Sequence record: PV390659.2 | DNA from: Escherichia phage vB_EcoM_P8 | Length of the DNA: 64,000 nucleotides | Strand: one strand, 5' to 3' | In this document: positions 1 through 9,852 of the stretch, piece by piece | Numbering within the stretch: position 1 is the first letter of the stretch | Layout: the number at the start of each line of letters is the position of its first letter | Translations under genes and position numbers: made by a program | Notes under the pieces: model-generated | What the model saw: the letters and a program-made list of their open reading frames with translations, nothing else | The model's database searches: none | What the model was told of the DNA's origin: nothing

Positions 1-168
1 GAAAAAGGTGATAATATTACTGTAAGTTTACGTCCTTTCGACGTAAAACAGACATTGTTTGATAATATTGTTTGGTTCTTTGGGATGGTATTAGTTCAAT
101 CCGTGTGTGGCGCTTATGTAGTCTGTTCAATCATATTCTGTGTATTTAGTAAAATTGAAATTGAGTGA
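1..168 (+). CDS. 3' end of an upstream ORF (partial, C-terminal 55 codons, hydrophobic tail)
   Basis: Open frame 1 from window edge to TGA at 166-168; no internal stops; product unknown. Confidence 0.3.
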   Translation, partial: EKGDNITVSLRPFDVKQTLFDNIVWFFGMVLVQSVCGAYVVCSIIFCVFSKIEIE

Positions 169-175
169 GGAAAAT

Positions 176-1066
176 ATGTCAGTAGTAATTAATAATGTCA
201 ATGCAGTAATTAAATCATTAGTTAATAAAAAAATGATGAATGAATGGACTGTACTTCGCCGTGGAGAGCCAGATAAATTTTTTCATAGATTTAACCCAAC
301 TTTGGATTTGAATGTTATCGACAAAGATGTTCATGCAGAAATTTTAGATAAGTTTAAAGTTGATATTGGATTTGGATTAGAAAAACATTTGCAGCGAACA
401 AGCGGATCTGGAATGAGTTTATCTAATCGCATTATGAAAGCCCTTAATAAAATTGGAGCATTGTCTCGTATTAATGCGAGTGAAATCCTTCGTAATTATA
501 ATAAAGGATATGACCTTTATGGTCGACTGATGCCAAAATTATCATTCGATCAAATGATAGCGGATTTGTGGGAAAATCAAAGACGATTATTAGCATTAGG
601 CGCTCGATTAGCTAAAGGTCTAGATAAACAAATGATTTTTAAGACCAATAATACAGAAGACCTTAAATGCTTTAAATTTAGTATTCGCGGAGATGATTAT
701 TACATCAGAGCTCGCTCTACAGATTATGTTAATATGGGACATCATCTCTGTTTAGCTTTTGAAGTTTTAAAAGAAGCTGGAACATTAGAATATTCATCTG
801 GTGCAAAATGCCCTATTGGTTCAAGTTGTATTTTAATTTATCGCCCGGATGAATCCAGTTCAACTAAATTGCCTACGAAACCTGTGCTAGTTCGTAGTAA
901 CGAAAAACATTCTGAACAAATTGATTATTTTAATAAGCAGATTGAAGAGCTGAATATTTCTATTCAACAATATGACGATGAAATTTTCAGACTATCTGGA
1001 TTGAGTAGTAAAGCTAAATCTGAGCGTGAAAAGTTAATTAAAATTGTTGATTTACTTAAATCTTAA
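176..1066 (+). CDS. hypothetical protein, member A of four-paralog array, C-terminal coiled coil
   Basis: ORF track 140..1066; ATG at 176 follows GAGG RBS; E/K/L-rich heptad-like C-terminus. Confidence 0.6.
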   Translation: MSVVINNVNAVIKSLVNKKMMNEWTVLRRGEPDKFFHRFNPTLDLNVIDKDVHAEILDKFKVDIGFGLEKHLQRTSGSGMSLSNRIMKALNKIGALSRINASEILRNYNKGYDLYGRLMPKLSFDQMIADLWENQRRLLALGARLAKGLDKQMIFKTNNTEDLKCFKFSIRGDDYYIRARSTDYVNMGHHLCLAFEVLKEAGTLEYSSGAKCPIGSSCILIYRPDESSSTKLPTKPVLVRSNEKHSEQIDYFNKQIEELNISIQQYDDEIFRLSGLSSKAKSEREKLIKIVDLLKS

Positions 1067-1074
1067 GGAACACT

Positions 1075-2103
1075 ATGAAAACTCGTTCTCAAATTGAAGA
1101 TATGGTTCGTAATGCCAGCTATACTCGTGATGTTATGACATTTTTGTGTGAAAATAATTTAGACCCTGATAAAGTTAATCGTGTTATTCATCACTTTAAG
1201 TATACGAATAGCAGTGAATGGGTGCGTAATTTTAGTAAAGCAGGGTATATTACACAAATGACGGCTCGTGAGCAGCTCACCGATTTCTGTAAAACTATTG
1301 ATTATAAAAATCCTCTATTTGTTCAAGGCGTCGGTCAAAGTAAGGTCGATTTATCATCTGGATTTTTCAATCCAAATCATTATCGTATTGAATGGAGATT
1401 TATTGCTCTGTTCCGTAGACAATTAAAGCAAATTTTATCAACTGCGAGTCGATTAAAAGGTTCTGATATTAACTTAAAGAATCTGAAATTTGATGGTTAT
1501 ACTCTTCAGATGGAAGTAAGACCATTAAAAGAAAATAATAGAACTGCACGAATTAGCTTTAAACCTAATACAAAAAATTCTCTTTCAATTTGCGAATGCC
1601 TTAAATCGCAGTTGACAGAAGCATTTAAGTATATGGATGTTGTTGCCGCTGTTCAGTCTAAGATTTTACCTCGTTTTGAGCGATTTAAATTAGACACAAC
1701 AACATATGAACTTGATATGATCGTTTCATTTAAATACGATTTTTTGAGAAAGGACGAAGTCCCGCAAGAGAAAAAGCAGGAAGTGCAAGATAACTTAAAT
1801 TTAAATTTATCCAATTACTCATCAAACGATCCTAAATTTTGGATGTATAGCTCAGGTAATGAAGATGCATGGAAATTCAATAAAGTGAATTTTCTTCCTG
1901 TTGAAAATCCGAGTCTTAAACCTGTTGAAAAATGGCATGCAGATGCGATTGAAAAGTCTATCAAGGCAGTAGATGATGAACTCGTTAAAGCAACTAATGA
2001 AGTGTTAGAAGCTGAAAAGATGCTAGAAAAAGCTCAAGAAAAAGTCAAAAATCTCACGAAGCAACGTTCTAAACTGAACAATGCACTAAATGCACTGAAC
2101 TAG
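1075..2103 (+). CDS. hypothetical protein, member B of four-paralog array, C-terminal coiled coil
   Basis: 342-aa ORF, AAGGA RBS; N-terminus MKTR.. as in member D; coiled-coil C-terminus. Confidence 0.65.
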   Translation: MKTRSQIEDMVRNASYTRDVMTFLCENNLDPDKVNRVIHHFKYTNSSEWVRNFSKAGYITQMTAREQLTDFCKTIDYKNPLFVQGVGQSKVDLSSGFFNPNHYRIEWRFIALFRRQLKQILSTASRLKGSDINLKNLKFDGYTLQMEVRPLKENNRTARISFKPNTKNSLSICECLKSQLTEAFKYMDVVAAVQSKILPRFERFKLDTTTYELDMIVSFKYDFLRKDEVPQEKKQEVQDNLNLNLSNYSSNDPKFWMYSSGNEDAWKFNKVNFLPVENPSLKPVEKWHADAIEKSIKAVDDELVKATNEVLEAEKMLEKAQEKVKNLTKQRSKLNNALNALN

Positions 2104-2132
2104 TTTACTTTACCACAAGGATGTGGTATAAT
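2103..2132 (+). promoter_or_regulatory. T4-type early promoter (GTTTAC -35, 18 bp spacer, TATAAT -10)
   Basis: gtttac at 2103-2108, tataat at 2127-2132; 30 bp identical to 48035-48064. Confidence 0.6.
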
Positions 2133-2160
2133 GTTCTTACTTTCTACTGAGGAGATTAAT

Positions 2161-3162
2161 ATGACTCGTAACGAATATATCAAATCATTCAATAGCGTTA
2201 TTGATGATAAAGTTAAACCTATGTCTAGTCAGAATAGTGTTCTTTCTATTATCAATCAATGGCTCAATAATATTGATGTAAGCATTGTTTCTTCCAGCAG
2301 ATTTATTCACGAAGTTCGTGAAATTTCTAGTCGTACAGATAAAGATGACATTAAGAAAACCTTTAAAGGGTCTCGTCTTCTTTCATACTTAGTCAACAGA
2401 GATATTCTTGGTAAATTTGGGAAAGAAATTAAACGAACTAAAGATGTAGTAGGATATAATTGGTTCGGTGATGTTAATTCTTATCATCTTAATAATAAAG
2501 AAGACCCTGAGAATATTTTTACTCGTCGTTGGATTAGTAATTTCAGGCTTTTCAAAGGACAGATTCTAAAATCAGCTTCTAAATTATGTTATGGCGATTA
2601 TCGTCAAATTCATCCTTTGGCTTCTGATATGGTTATCGTAAAAGAATATGAGCTTGATAAAAATAAAGTAGCTATTTTTGTGAATTATGGATTTTTTACA
2701 CCAAACGCTAACCAAAAGAATATTAATAAATTTTTCTCAATTGCTAGCACTATAACTTATCAATTAGAGGCGGCTTTGGGCTGTATGGAAACCGTAAAAA
2801 GTATTCATACATATCCTTTCAAAAATATGTGTGGTTGGGAAGGATATAAAATTATAATTAGCCTTCGTGAAGTGAAACGTACGTACTCACCGACTGATAA
2901 AGAAATTTACCAACAAAAATGTGATGAAATTGTGAATACTCCTAAAGAAGAAACTACCCTTGAAGAACTAATGGATAATCTTGACGATTCGCCTGAACCG
3001 ATAGAAATTCGTCCAGAAGTTATTGCACTAGAAAAAGCTTATAAAGAAGTTCTAGAAATTTCTAATAAAGCGCAGAAAGAATATGAGAAGGCTAAAAGGA
3101 TTTGGGAAGAATCTGTTAATCGCCTTGATCGTTTGGAACAAGCTTTACAGTTAATTAAGTAA
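2161..3162 (+). CDS. hypothetical protein, member C of four-paralog array, C-terminal coiled coil
   Basis: ORF track 2131..3162; ATG 2161 follows GAGGAG RBS and lies downstream of promoter; N-terminus TRNEYIKSFNSVI resembles member D TRKHYIDYFDSLI. Confidence 0.65.
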   Translation: MTRNEYIKSFNSVIDDKVKPMSSQNSVLSIINQWLNNIDVSIVSSSRFIHEVREISSRTDKDDIKKTFKGSRLLSYLVNRDILGKFGKEIKRTKDVVGYNWFGDVNSYHLNNKEDPENIFTRRWISNFRLFKGQILKSASKLCYGDYRQIHPLASDMVIVKEYELDKNKVAIFVNYGFFTPNANQKNINKFFSIASTITYQLEAALGCMETVKSIHTYPFKNMCGWEGYKIIISLREVKRTYSPTDKEIYQQKCDEIVNTPKEETTLEELMDNLDDSPEPIEIRPEVIALEKAYKEVLEISNKAQKEYEKAKRIWEESVNRLDRLEQALQLIK

Positions 3163-3214
3163 TTTAAAGCCAAGGATGGCTCGGAGCATAAATCATTAAC
3201 CAAGTGAGAAGAAC

Positions 3215-4144
3215 ATGAAAACTCGTAAACATTATATTGATTATTTTGATAGTCTTATTACTAAACATCGTAATTATCAGATAGGACACAGAGCAGTAAT
3301 CAATAATATTCTTCGTGATTTTTTAGACTATATTGGATGGGAAAACCATATTTGTAAAGATACACAAAATGCGTATTCACATTCTCTTGGTTCTTTGCTA
3401 GAGTGGTTCAAACGTTCCCGATTACTATCTTCTGTGATAGCTCGTGATAACATTAAAAACTTTATGAAGCCGAGCTTTATTAAATCTGAGACATCTATAA
3501 CTGATTTGGTTGAATTTACTATTGTTAACGATGTTAAAAAGACCCATTTGGCTGATTGGTTATCTACCATTCCTGAAACTAAATTTGCTGATAAATTTGC
3601 TTGTCAATTCAATGACCAAGTGAATATGCTTTTTAAGCATGCTCGCAGACTATTTACCGCAGGCGATGACCGTACAAATACAGTTCATGTTAAGGATTGG
3701 GTTATTGCTGATGAAGTAACACACAAGCCAGGTGGTTCATCAGTATTAATTAATATCCAGGTTCCTTATTATTACTCACGTAATCTTGGCACCATGACAG
3801 CTAGAGAAATTAATAAGCACAACAAAACTATTCGTTCGTTGTCTTATAAACTCTGCACGATGGTGGAGATGATGGACGTAGTGGAAATGTATGACGAAAC
3901 CGAAGATAATGGTTCAATGTTATACAGCTCACGCATTCTAATTAAACTGAAGAATCCTAATACATATAAGCCAGTTGTAAAAGAACCTAAAGTAGAAAAG
4001 GTTGATAACCTGAGCGAAGAACGTGAATATCTCAATGCTCGTTTGATTGAAGTTGAAGCTCAGATTGCCGAACATACCAAATTGTTAAAAGCTCTTAATG
4101 CAAAAGCAAATGGTTTACGTAATGCTATTGAGGTACTGAAATGA
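3215..4144 (+). CDS. hypothetical protein, member D of four-paralog array, C-terminal coiled coil
   Basis: 309-aa ORF; shared N-terminal motif with member C; coiled-coil C-terminus. Confidence 0.65.
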   Translation: MKTRKHYIDYFDSLITKHRNYQIGHRAVINNILRDFLDYIGWENHICKDTQNAYSHSLGSLLEWFKRSRLLSSVIARDNIKNFMKPSFIKSETSITDLVEFTIVNDVKKTHLADWLSTIPETKFADKFACQFNDQVNMLFKHARRLFTAGDDRTNTVHVKDWVIADEVTHKPGGSSVLINIQVPYYYSRNLGTMTAREINKHNKTIRSLSYKLCTMVEMMDVVEMYDETEDNGSMLYSSRILIKLKNPNTYKPVVKEPKVEKVDNLSEEREYLNARLIEVEAQIAEHTKLLKALNAKANGLRNAIEVLK

Positions 4145-4458
4145 AAAAGCGCTTATTAGAAGATATTGCAGCTTCAAGTAATTCCAGTCTAATTAAAATT
4201 ATTATGGCTGGTGAAGAAGACGATCTAGAAATGCGTGGAAAGATTCATGGCGATGATGATCTAGACTTTAAACCTCCTGCTTGGGATGCCATTATGGTTA
4301 TGGTTGAACGCCGCGAAAGGGCTTCTAAGAATGTTCCGAACTGCCCAAAATGTGGTACTGAACAGGTTCAATTAATTCATTGGCAGACTAGTAATCTTCG
4401 TTATAAATGTCGTCATTGCAAACACCGATTTAACCGAGAAGAAAATGACCAAGCGTAA
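4141..4458 (+). CDS. small zinc-ribbon protein
   Basis: 105-aa ORF, ATGA stop-start overlap; C-terminal CPKCG..17..CRHC motif. Confidence 0.55.
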   Translation: MKKRLLEDIAASSNSSLIKIIMAGEEDDLEMRGKIHGDDDLDFKPPAWDAIMVMVERRERASKNVPNCPKCGTEQVQLIHWQTSNLRYKCRHCKHRFNREENDQA

Positions 4459-4687
4459 AGAATATATGGAGATTGCTGAAAAGGCAGTCCGTGAATTAGC
4501 AATAGCGTATTATAATGAACACGGTAAATTTCCTGATAGATACAGCGTGCTTAAATCAGCTTTAACTCGTTCATATAAAAATATGCTATCAGAAGTAAGT
4601 GATATTATATACAAACATAAAGAACAAACAGGTCAAAGTCTTGATTACGACGAGACTTTTAAACAAGTACTAGGAATTAAGGAATAA
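4445..4687 (+). CDS. hypothetical protein
   Basis: 80-aa ORF tightly packed upstream of nrdC. Confidence 0.5.
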   Translation: MTKRKEYMEIAEKAVRELAIAYYNEHGKFPDRYSVLKSALTRSYKNMLSEVSDIIYKHKEQTGQSLDYDETFKQVLGIKE

Positions 4688-4688
4688 T

Positions 4689-4952
4689 ATGTTTAAAGTA
4701 TATGGTTATGATAGCAACATCCACAAATGTGTGTATTGCGATAATGCAAAACGTCTTTTGACTGTGAAGAAACAGCCGTTTGAATTTATCAACATTATGC
4801 CGGAAAAAGGTGTTTTTGATGATGAGAAAATTGCTGAGCTTCTGACGAAACTAGGTCGTGATACTCAAATTGGCTTGACGATGCCTCAGGTATTTGCTCC
4901 TGATGGAAGTCATATTGGTGGATTTGACCAATTGCGGGAATACTTTAAATGA
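4689..4952 (+). CDS. nrdC: phage thioredoxin/glutaredoxin NrdC
   Basis: 87 aa, CVYC redox motif, sequence matches remembered T4 NrdC. Confidence 0.9.
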   Translation: MFKVYGYDSNIHKCVYCDNAKRLLTVKKQPFEFINIMPEKGVFDDEKIAELLTKLGRDTQIGLTMPQVFAPDGSHIGGFDQLREYFK

Positions 4953-5164
4953 TGCTCGAAGGAACTGATTATATCCATGACTACCGCGGAAGCGCGGTAT
5001 ATGTGGGTGATGAGGTTGCAGTTTATTATGGTTATGGAACTTTGATGACAGCAAAGGTTATTCAAATTAAAAATGGCCGCGCTAAACTCGAAGTTTATTA
5101 TTCTAATGGTGAAAAGTCTATTTCTAAATGGAAATACGGCGATTGTATCGTCAAATTGGGGTAA
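4949..5164 (+). CDS. hypothetical protein
   Basis: 71-aa ORF, ATGA overlap with nrdC stop. Confidence 0.5.
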   Translation: MMLEGTDYIHDYRGSAVYVGDEVAVYYGYGTLMTAKVIQIKNGRAKLEVYYSNGEKSISKWKYGDCIVKLG

Positions 5165-5166
5165 AT

Positions 5167-5337
5167 ATGATTTACGATATTAGTGTATCAAGAACTCCGT
5201 CAATGGTTACTATTCCAGCTGAAGAATTAGATCGTCTTCAGAAAATTGAAGAGCTTCTTTGGGAAATTGAATCTGATTTGCCATCAGGATTAGAATCCTG
5301 GATTGATTATGAAGAACTTAATAAGCTTCGGGGTTAA
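5167..5337 (+). CDS. hypothetical small protein
   Basis: ATG at 5167 just after previous stop; track gives longer overlapping alternative 5128..5337. Confidence 0.4.
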   Translation: MIYDISVSRTPSMVTIPAEELDRLQKIEELLWEIESDLPSGLESWIDYEELNKLRG

Positions 5338-5459
5338 ACCCTGGTGGGCGGTTAGATGGGAAACTGTAGAGCCAGAGCCGGAAGAACCGGTTTACACTGA
5401 TGAAGAAACAGTATATAATGAACCAACGATAAATGACTTAATTGATATGGAGATGGGAC

Positions 5460-5906
5460 ATGATTACAGTAGATAAGTGGTTTAGAATTAATCGTGCTGA
5501 TAAGGGGCTGTGTAATTACTGGCCGGAACTTAGTGCAGGTACTGTCTTTAAAGTTCGTGAACTTGCAAAAGAATGTGAAGATGATATAGAACCTGATACT
5601 AGAATTATTGAAATTGAACTTTCTGATGGAAAGATTATTAACATCTATGATAAGCCAATTACGTATTGGTGCTTGTGGAATACTGAATCAGTAGAAAATG
5701 GCGAAATTGAAGAAGTTGTAGAACGAGTTGATCAAGCTATTCATAAACCTAAAGCAGCTTTTCAAGGTGAACGCATTTCATATGCATTAGCTAAATTAGC
5801 TGCACAAGAAAATAACGATGGCTATGAAGGAAATTTGATGCAAGCTGCAGCAGAATATATTGAATGGCTTGAAACTCAAATTTCTTTTTCTGACCGAGCA
5901 TTTTAA
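5460..5906 (+). CDS. hypothetical protein, possibly Pin (protease inhibitor) by position and size
   Basis: ORF track 5442..5906; first ATG at 5460 after GGAG; sits between nrdC and gene 49 as pin does in T4; sequence not recognised. Confidence 0.4.
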   Translation: MITVDKWFRINRADKGLCNYWPELSAGTVFKVRELAKECEDDIEPDTRIIEIELSDGKIINIYDKPITYWCLWNTESVENGEIEEVVERVDQAIHKPKAAFQGERISYALAKLAAQENNDGYEGNLMQAAAEYIEWLETQISFSDRAF

Positions 5907-6082
5907 TGAAAACTGAATTGATTTATACTGAAAAGTTAAATGGTGGTAAGGTTTGGAAACTTTTTATTAAAGGAAATTCTACAGACCCTAATATGACCAC
6001 TTGTGTAGGAACTTATTCTCGTCCTACTAAAAAGATGATTCGGCAATATAAGCGATTGCATCGAATGTTTTACAATACTTGA
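5906..6082 (+). CDS. hypothetical small protein (58 aa)
   Basis: ATG overlaps preceding stop (TAATG); followed by hairpin accctta..taagggt plus T-run. Confidence 0.3.
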   Translation: MKTELIYTEKLNGGKVWKLFIKGNSTDPNMTTCVGTYSRPTKKMIRQYKRLHRMFYNT

Positions 6083-6124
6083 AAATAATAAATACCCTTA
6101 TCTATTTAAGGTAAGGGTTTTATT

Positions 6125-6598
6125 ATGTTATTGACTGGCAAATTATACAAAGAAGAAAAACAAAAATTTTATAATGCACAAAACGGTAAATGCTTAATTT
6201 GCCAACGAGAATTAAATCCTGATGTTCAAGCTAATCACCTTGACCATGACCATGAATTAAATGGACCAAAAGCAGGAAAGGTACGTGGGTTGCTATGTAA
6301 TCTCTGTAATGCTGCAGAAGGTCAAATGAAGCATAAATTCAATCGTTCTGGCTTAAAGGGACAAGGTGTTGATTATCTTGAATGGTTAGAAAATTTACTT
6401 ACTTATTTAAAATCCGATTACACCCAAAATAATATTCACCCTAACTTTGTTGGAGATAAATCAAAGGAATTTTCTCGTTTAGGAAAAGAGGAAATGATGG
6501 CTGAGATGCTTCAAAGAGGATTTGAATATAATGAATCTGACACTAAAACACAATTAATAGCTTCATTTAAGAAGCAGCTTAGAAAGAGTTTAAAATGA
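6125..6598 (+). CDS. 49: endonuclease VII (Holliday junction resolvase)
   Basis: 157 aa, matches remembered T4 gp49 (MLLTGKLYKEEKQKFY.., Cys-rich zinc site). Confidence 0.9.
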   Translation: MLLTGKLYKEEKQKFYNAQNGKCLICQRELNPDVQANHLDHDHELNGPKAGKVRGLLCNLCNAAEGQMKHKFNRSGLKGQGVDYLEWLENLLTYLKSDYTQNNIHPNFVGDKSKEFSRLGKEEMMAEMLQRGFEYNESDTKTQLIASFKKQLRKSLK

Positions 6599-8412
6599 CA
6601 ATTGAAAAAGAAATTGAAGGATTGATTCATAAAACTAATAAAGACCTTTTAAACGAGAATGCTAATAAAGATTCTCGTGTTTTTCCAACTCAACGGGACC
6701 TTATGGCTGGTATTGTGTCTAAACACATTGCCAAAAATATGGTCCCGTCTTTTATTATGAAAGCGCATGAAAGCGGAATTATCCATTTCCATGATATTGA
6801 TTATTCCCCTGCTCTTCCATTTACTAATTGCTGTTTAGTAGATTTAAAAGGAATGCTTGAGAACGGATTTAAGCTCGGTAATGCGCAGATTGAAACTCCT
6901 AAATCAATTGGCGTTGCTACTGCAATTATGGCACAAATTACTGCACAGGTTGCTTCTCATCAATATGGCGGAACGACTTTTGCGAATGTAGATAAAGTCC
7001 TTTCTCCTTATGTTAAACGCACCTATGCAAAACATATTGAGGATGCAGAAAAATGGCAAATCGCAGATGCATTGAATTATGCCCAATCTAAAACAGAAAA
7101 AGACGTATACGATGCATTCCAAGCTTACGAATATGAAGTAAATACTCTCTTTAGTTCAAATGGACAGACTCCTTTTGTAACAATTACATTTGGTACGGGA
7201 ACTGACTGGACTGAACGAATGATTCAGAAAGCAATTCTGAAAAATCGCATTAAAGGTCTTGGCCGTGACGGGATAACTCCTATTTTCCCTAAGCTTGTTA
7301 TGTTCGTTGAAGAAGGCGTTAATCTTTATAAAGACGATCCGAACTATGATATTAAACAGCTTGCTCTAGAGTGTGCAAGCAAAAGAATGTATCCTGACAT
7401 CATTTCGGCTAAGAACAATAAAGCTATCACCGGTTCATCTATTCCTGTTTCTCCAATGGGTTGTCGTAGTTTCTTGAGTGTATGGAAAGATTCGACTGGT
7501 AATGAAATTCTTGATGGACGCAATAATCTTGGCGTTGTAACACTGAATCTTCCTCGTATTGCGTTAGATTCTTATATTGGAACACAGTTCAATGAACAGA
7601 AATTTGCCGAATTGTTCAATGAACGAATGGATTTGTGTTTTGAAGCTTTGATGTGTAGAATTAGTTCATTAAAAGGAGTTAAAGCGACTGTTGCTCCTAT
7701 TCTTTACCAAGAAGGTGCATTCGGGGTTCGTCTTAAACCTGATGATGACATAATTGAGTTATTTAAAAATGGTAGAAGTTCAGTGTCCCTAGGATACATC
7801 GGTATTCACGAATTGAATATTCTTGTCGGTCGTGATATTGGACAGGAAATTTTAACTAAAATGAATGCTCGTCTTAAGCAGTGGACTGAAAGAACTGGTT
7901 TTGCTTTTAGCTTGTATTCTACACCTGCTGAAAACCTGTGCTATCGCTTCTGTAAACTTGATACCGAAAAATATGGAAGTGTAAAGGATGTTACTGATAA
8001 AGGATGGTACACTAATAGTTTCCACGTTTCAGTAGAAGAAAATATCACTCCGTTTGAAAAGATTTCTCGAGAAGCCCCATATCATTTCATTGCGACAGGT
8101 GGTCACATTTCTTATGTTGAACTTCCTGATATGAAAAATAACCTAAAAGGTCTTGAGGCTGTATGGGATTATGCTGCACAACATTTAGATTATTTTGGTG
8201 TTAATATGCCAGTAGATAAATGTTTTACATGTGGAAGTACCCATGAAATGACTCCAACCGAGAACGGATTTGTTTGTTCTATTTGTGGAGAAACTGATCC
8301 TAAAAAGATGAACACAATAAGAAGAACTTGTGGTTATTTGGGAAATCCGAATGAACGCGGATTTAATCTCGGCAAAAATAAAGAAATCATGCATAGGGTT
8401 AAACACCAATGA
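6595..8412 (+). CDS. nrdD: anaerobic ribonucleoside-triphosphate reductase NrdD, uninterrupted
   Basis: 605-aa continuous ORF with C-terminal CxxC..CxxC glycyl-radical region; no intron-sized interruption. Confidence 0.95.
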   Translation: MTIEKEIEGLIHKTNKDLLNENANKDSRVFPTQRDLMAGIVSKHIAKNMVPSFIMKAHESGIIHFHDIDYSPALPFTNCCLVDLKGMLENGFKLGNAQIETPKSIGVATAIMAQITAQVASHQYGGTTFANVDKVLSPYVKRTYAKHIEDAEKWQIADALNYAQSKTEKDVYDAFQAYEYEVNTLFSSNGQTPFVTITFGTGTDWTERMIQKAILKNRIKGLGRDGITPIFPKLVMFVEEGVNLYKDDPNYDIKQLALECASKRMYPDIISAKNNKAITGSSIPVSPMGCRSFLSVWKDSTGNEILDGRNNLGVVTLNLPRIALDSYIGTQFNEQKFAELFNERMDLCFEALMCRISSLKGVKATVAPILYQEGAFGVRLKPDDDIIELFKNGRSSVSLGYIGIHELNILVGRDIGQEILTKMNARLKQWTERTGFAFSLYSTPAENLCYRFCKLDTEKYGSVKDVTDKGWYTNSFHVSVEENITPFEKISREAPYHFIATGGHISYVELPDMKNNLKGLEAVWDYAAQHLDYFGVNMPVDKCFTCGSTHEMTPTENGFVCSICGETDPKKMNTIRRTCGYLGNPNERGFNLGKNKEIMHRVKHQ

Positions 8413-8879
8413 ATTACGATAGATTTTATCCCTGTGATTTTGTGAATGGCCCTGGATGCAGGGTCGTTCTTTTCGTTACAGGTTGTTTGCATAAATGCGA
8501 AGGGTGTTATAATAAATCAACATGGAACGCTAGAAATGGCGTTCCATTCACTGGTGAAACACTAGAACAATTAATTGAATGTTTGAATAATGATTATATA
8601 GAAGGATTAACTATAACTGGAGGAGACCCTCTCTATCCTGATAACCGAGATGTTATTCATTGCATTGTTCAAACAGTAAAAAATCTTTATCCCAATAAAA
8701 GCATTTGGTTGTGGACAGGATATAAATTTGAAGATATTAAACAACTAGAAATGCTTAAATATGTTGATGTTATTATTGATGGGAAGTATGAGAAAAATCT
8801 TCCGACCAAAAAGTTGTGGCGAGGTTCAGATAATCAGCGACTTTGGTCAAATACCGATGGGGTGTGGAAACATGATTAA
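8409..8879 (+). CDS. nrdG: anaerobic RNR activating enzyme NrdG (radical SAM)
   Basis: 156 aa, CxxxCxxC-like N-terminal cluster, ATGA coupling to nrdD. Confidence 0.9.
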   Translation: MNYDRFYPCDFVNGPGCRVVLFVTGCLHKCEGCYNKSTWNARNGVPFTGETLEQLIECLNNDYIEGLTITGGDPLYPDNRDVIHCIVQTVKNLYPNKSIWLWTGYKFEDIKQLEMLKYVDVIIDGKYEKNLPTKKLWRGSDNQRLWSNTDGVWKHD

Positions 8880-8993
8880 ACTGAATTATATTATTGATAC
8901 TATAAATGATATGATTTTTCATTTTGGTCCAGAATTTTATTCGCAGTATAGTTTAGTACTTATCAATGCTTGGTTAATCAATTAAGGGTAAAT

Positions 8994-9206
8994 ATGTATA
9001 AATTTCGTAAAGGTTTAGCTGATTTTCTTACAACTGTAACGTTCTTTTTGTTTATGGCAGTTGGTGCTATTTTTCTTATTCCTTTTATTGCTATATTTTT
9101 CGTGATTAGTTTGATTTCTCCAGAAAAAGGACTATCTTCTAGCGAGTTCAATGAGCGTCTGGATAAAATTACTAACAAGCTGAATGCTGCTCTTAGTAAG
9201 GAATAG
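8994..9206 (+). CDS. small membrane protein
   Basis: ATG 8994 after AAGGG; long hydrophobic stretch. Confidence 0.5.
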   Translation: MYKFRKGLADFLTTVTFFLFMAVGAIFLIPFIAIFFVISLISPEKGLSSSEFNERLDKITNKLNAALSKE

Positions 9207-9208
9207 TT

Positions 9209-9517
9209 GTGAAACAAAACAAGATTGAAGTCTATGGAATTCCAGATGAAGTAGGTCGTTGTCCTGGATGTCAATCAGTTACAAAACTTCTAAAGGAGCT
9301 CAATGCTCCTTTTACTTTCTATAAAGTTCTTACAAATAATGGTAAGATTGAGTATGATCGTCCACTGATTGTATCTCTTGCTAAACGCGCTGGATTCACA
9401 TCTCTTAACATTCGTTATCCAGTCATTTTCATCAATGATTCTAGACAAAAGAACATTAAACACTTCAAAGAAACTCTCATTTCACTTGGATATGATAGAG
9501 ATATCATAGAAGACTAA
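9209..9517 (+). CDS. nrdH: glutaredoxin-like protein NrdH
   Basis: 102 aa, CPGC redox motif, GTG start after AGGA. Confidence 0.7.
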   Translation: MKQNKIEVYGIPDEVGRCPGCQSVTKLLKELNAPFTFYKVLTNNGKIEYDRPLIVSLAKRAGFTSLNIRYPVIFINDSRQKNIKHFKETLISLGYDRDIIED

Positions 9518-9615
9518 GACGGGCCCTCTGGGCCTTTCTTTCTCGCATTCTGTATATTACCATTCTAAGCTATCGTTCCCTTCTTATCGTTCCCTAAAAT
9601 AATTTTCACAAAGTT

Positions 9616-9645
9616 GTTTACAGGAAGTTCAAACTGTGGTATTAT
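9616..9645 (+). promoter_or_regulatory. T4-type early promoter
   Basis: gtttac 9616-9621, tattat 9640-9645, 18 bp spacer. Confidence 0.55.
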
Positions 9646-9675
9646 TAACATGTGAATTGCCTTTGAGGATTTGAT

Positions 9676-9852
9676 ATGGTTGATAAAGAGATTAAAAAGG
9701 ATCAGTATTATCGTGTTAACGGACATATTGTTATTGTTACAGCAGTAGATGATCTAGATGTTCATTATACTATACTTAAATGGAACAAACACATGATTTG
9801 TGATCGTGCTGTATTTAGTTCAGTTGCTAAGGAAATTAAACTCCATGGGTAA
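9676..9852 (+). CDS. hypothetical small protein (58 aa)
   Basis: ATG after GAGGA RBS downstream of promoter; below ORF-track size cutoff. Confidence 0.35.
   Translation: MVDKEIKKDQYYRVNGHIVIVTAVDDLDVHYTILKWNKHMICDRAVFSSVAKEIKLHG

Noticed and set aside
3328-4035. Minus-strand ORFs 3328..3570 and 3844..4035 inside paralog D
   Set aside because: Lie wholly inside a longer + strand ORF in a unidirectional block, have no RBS and are low complexity; treated as shadow ORFs
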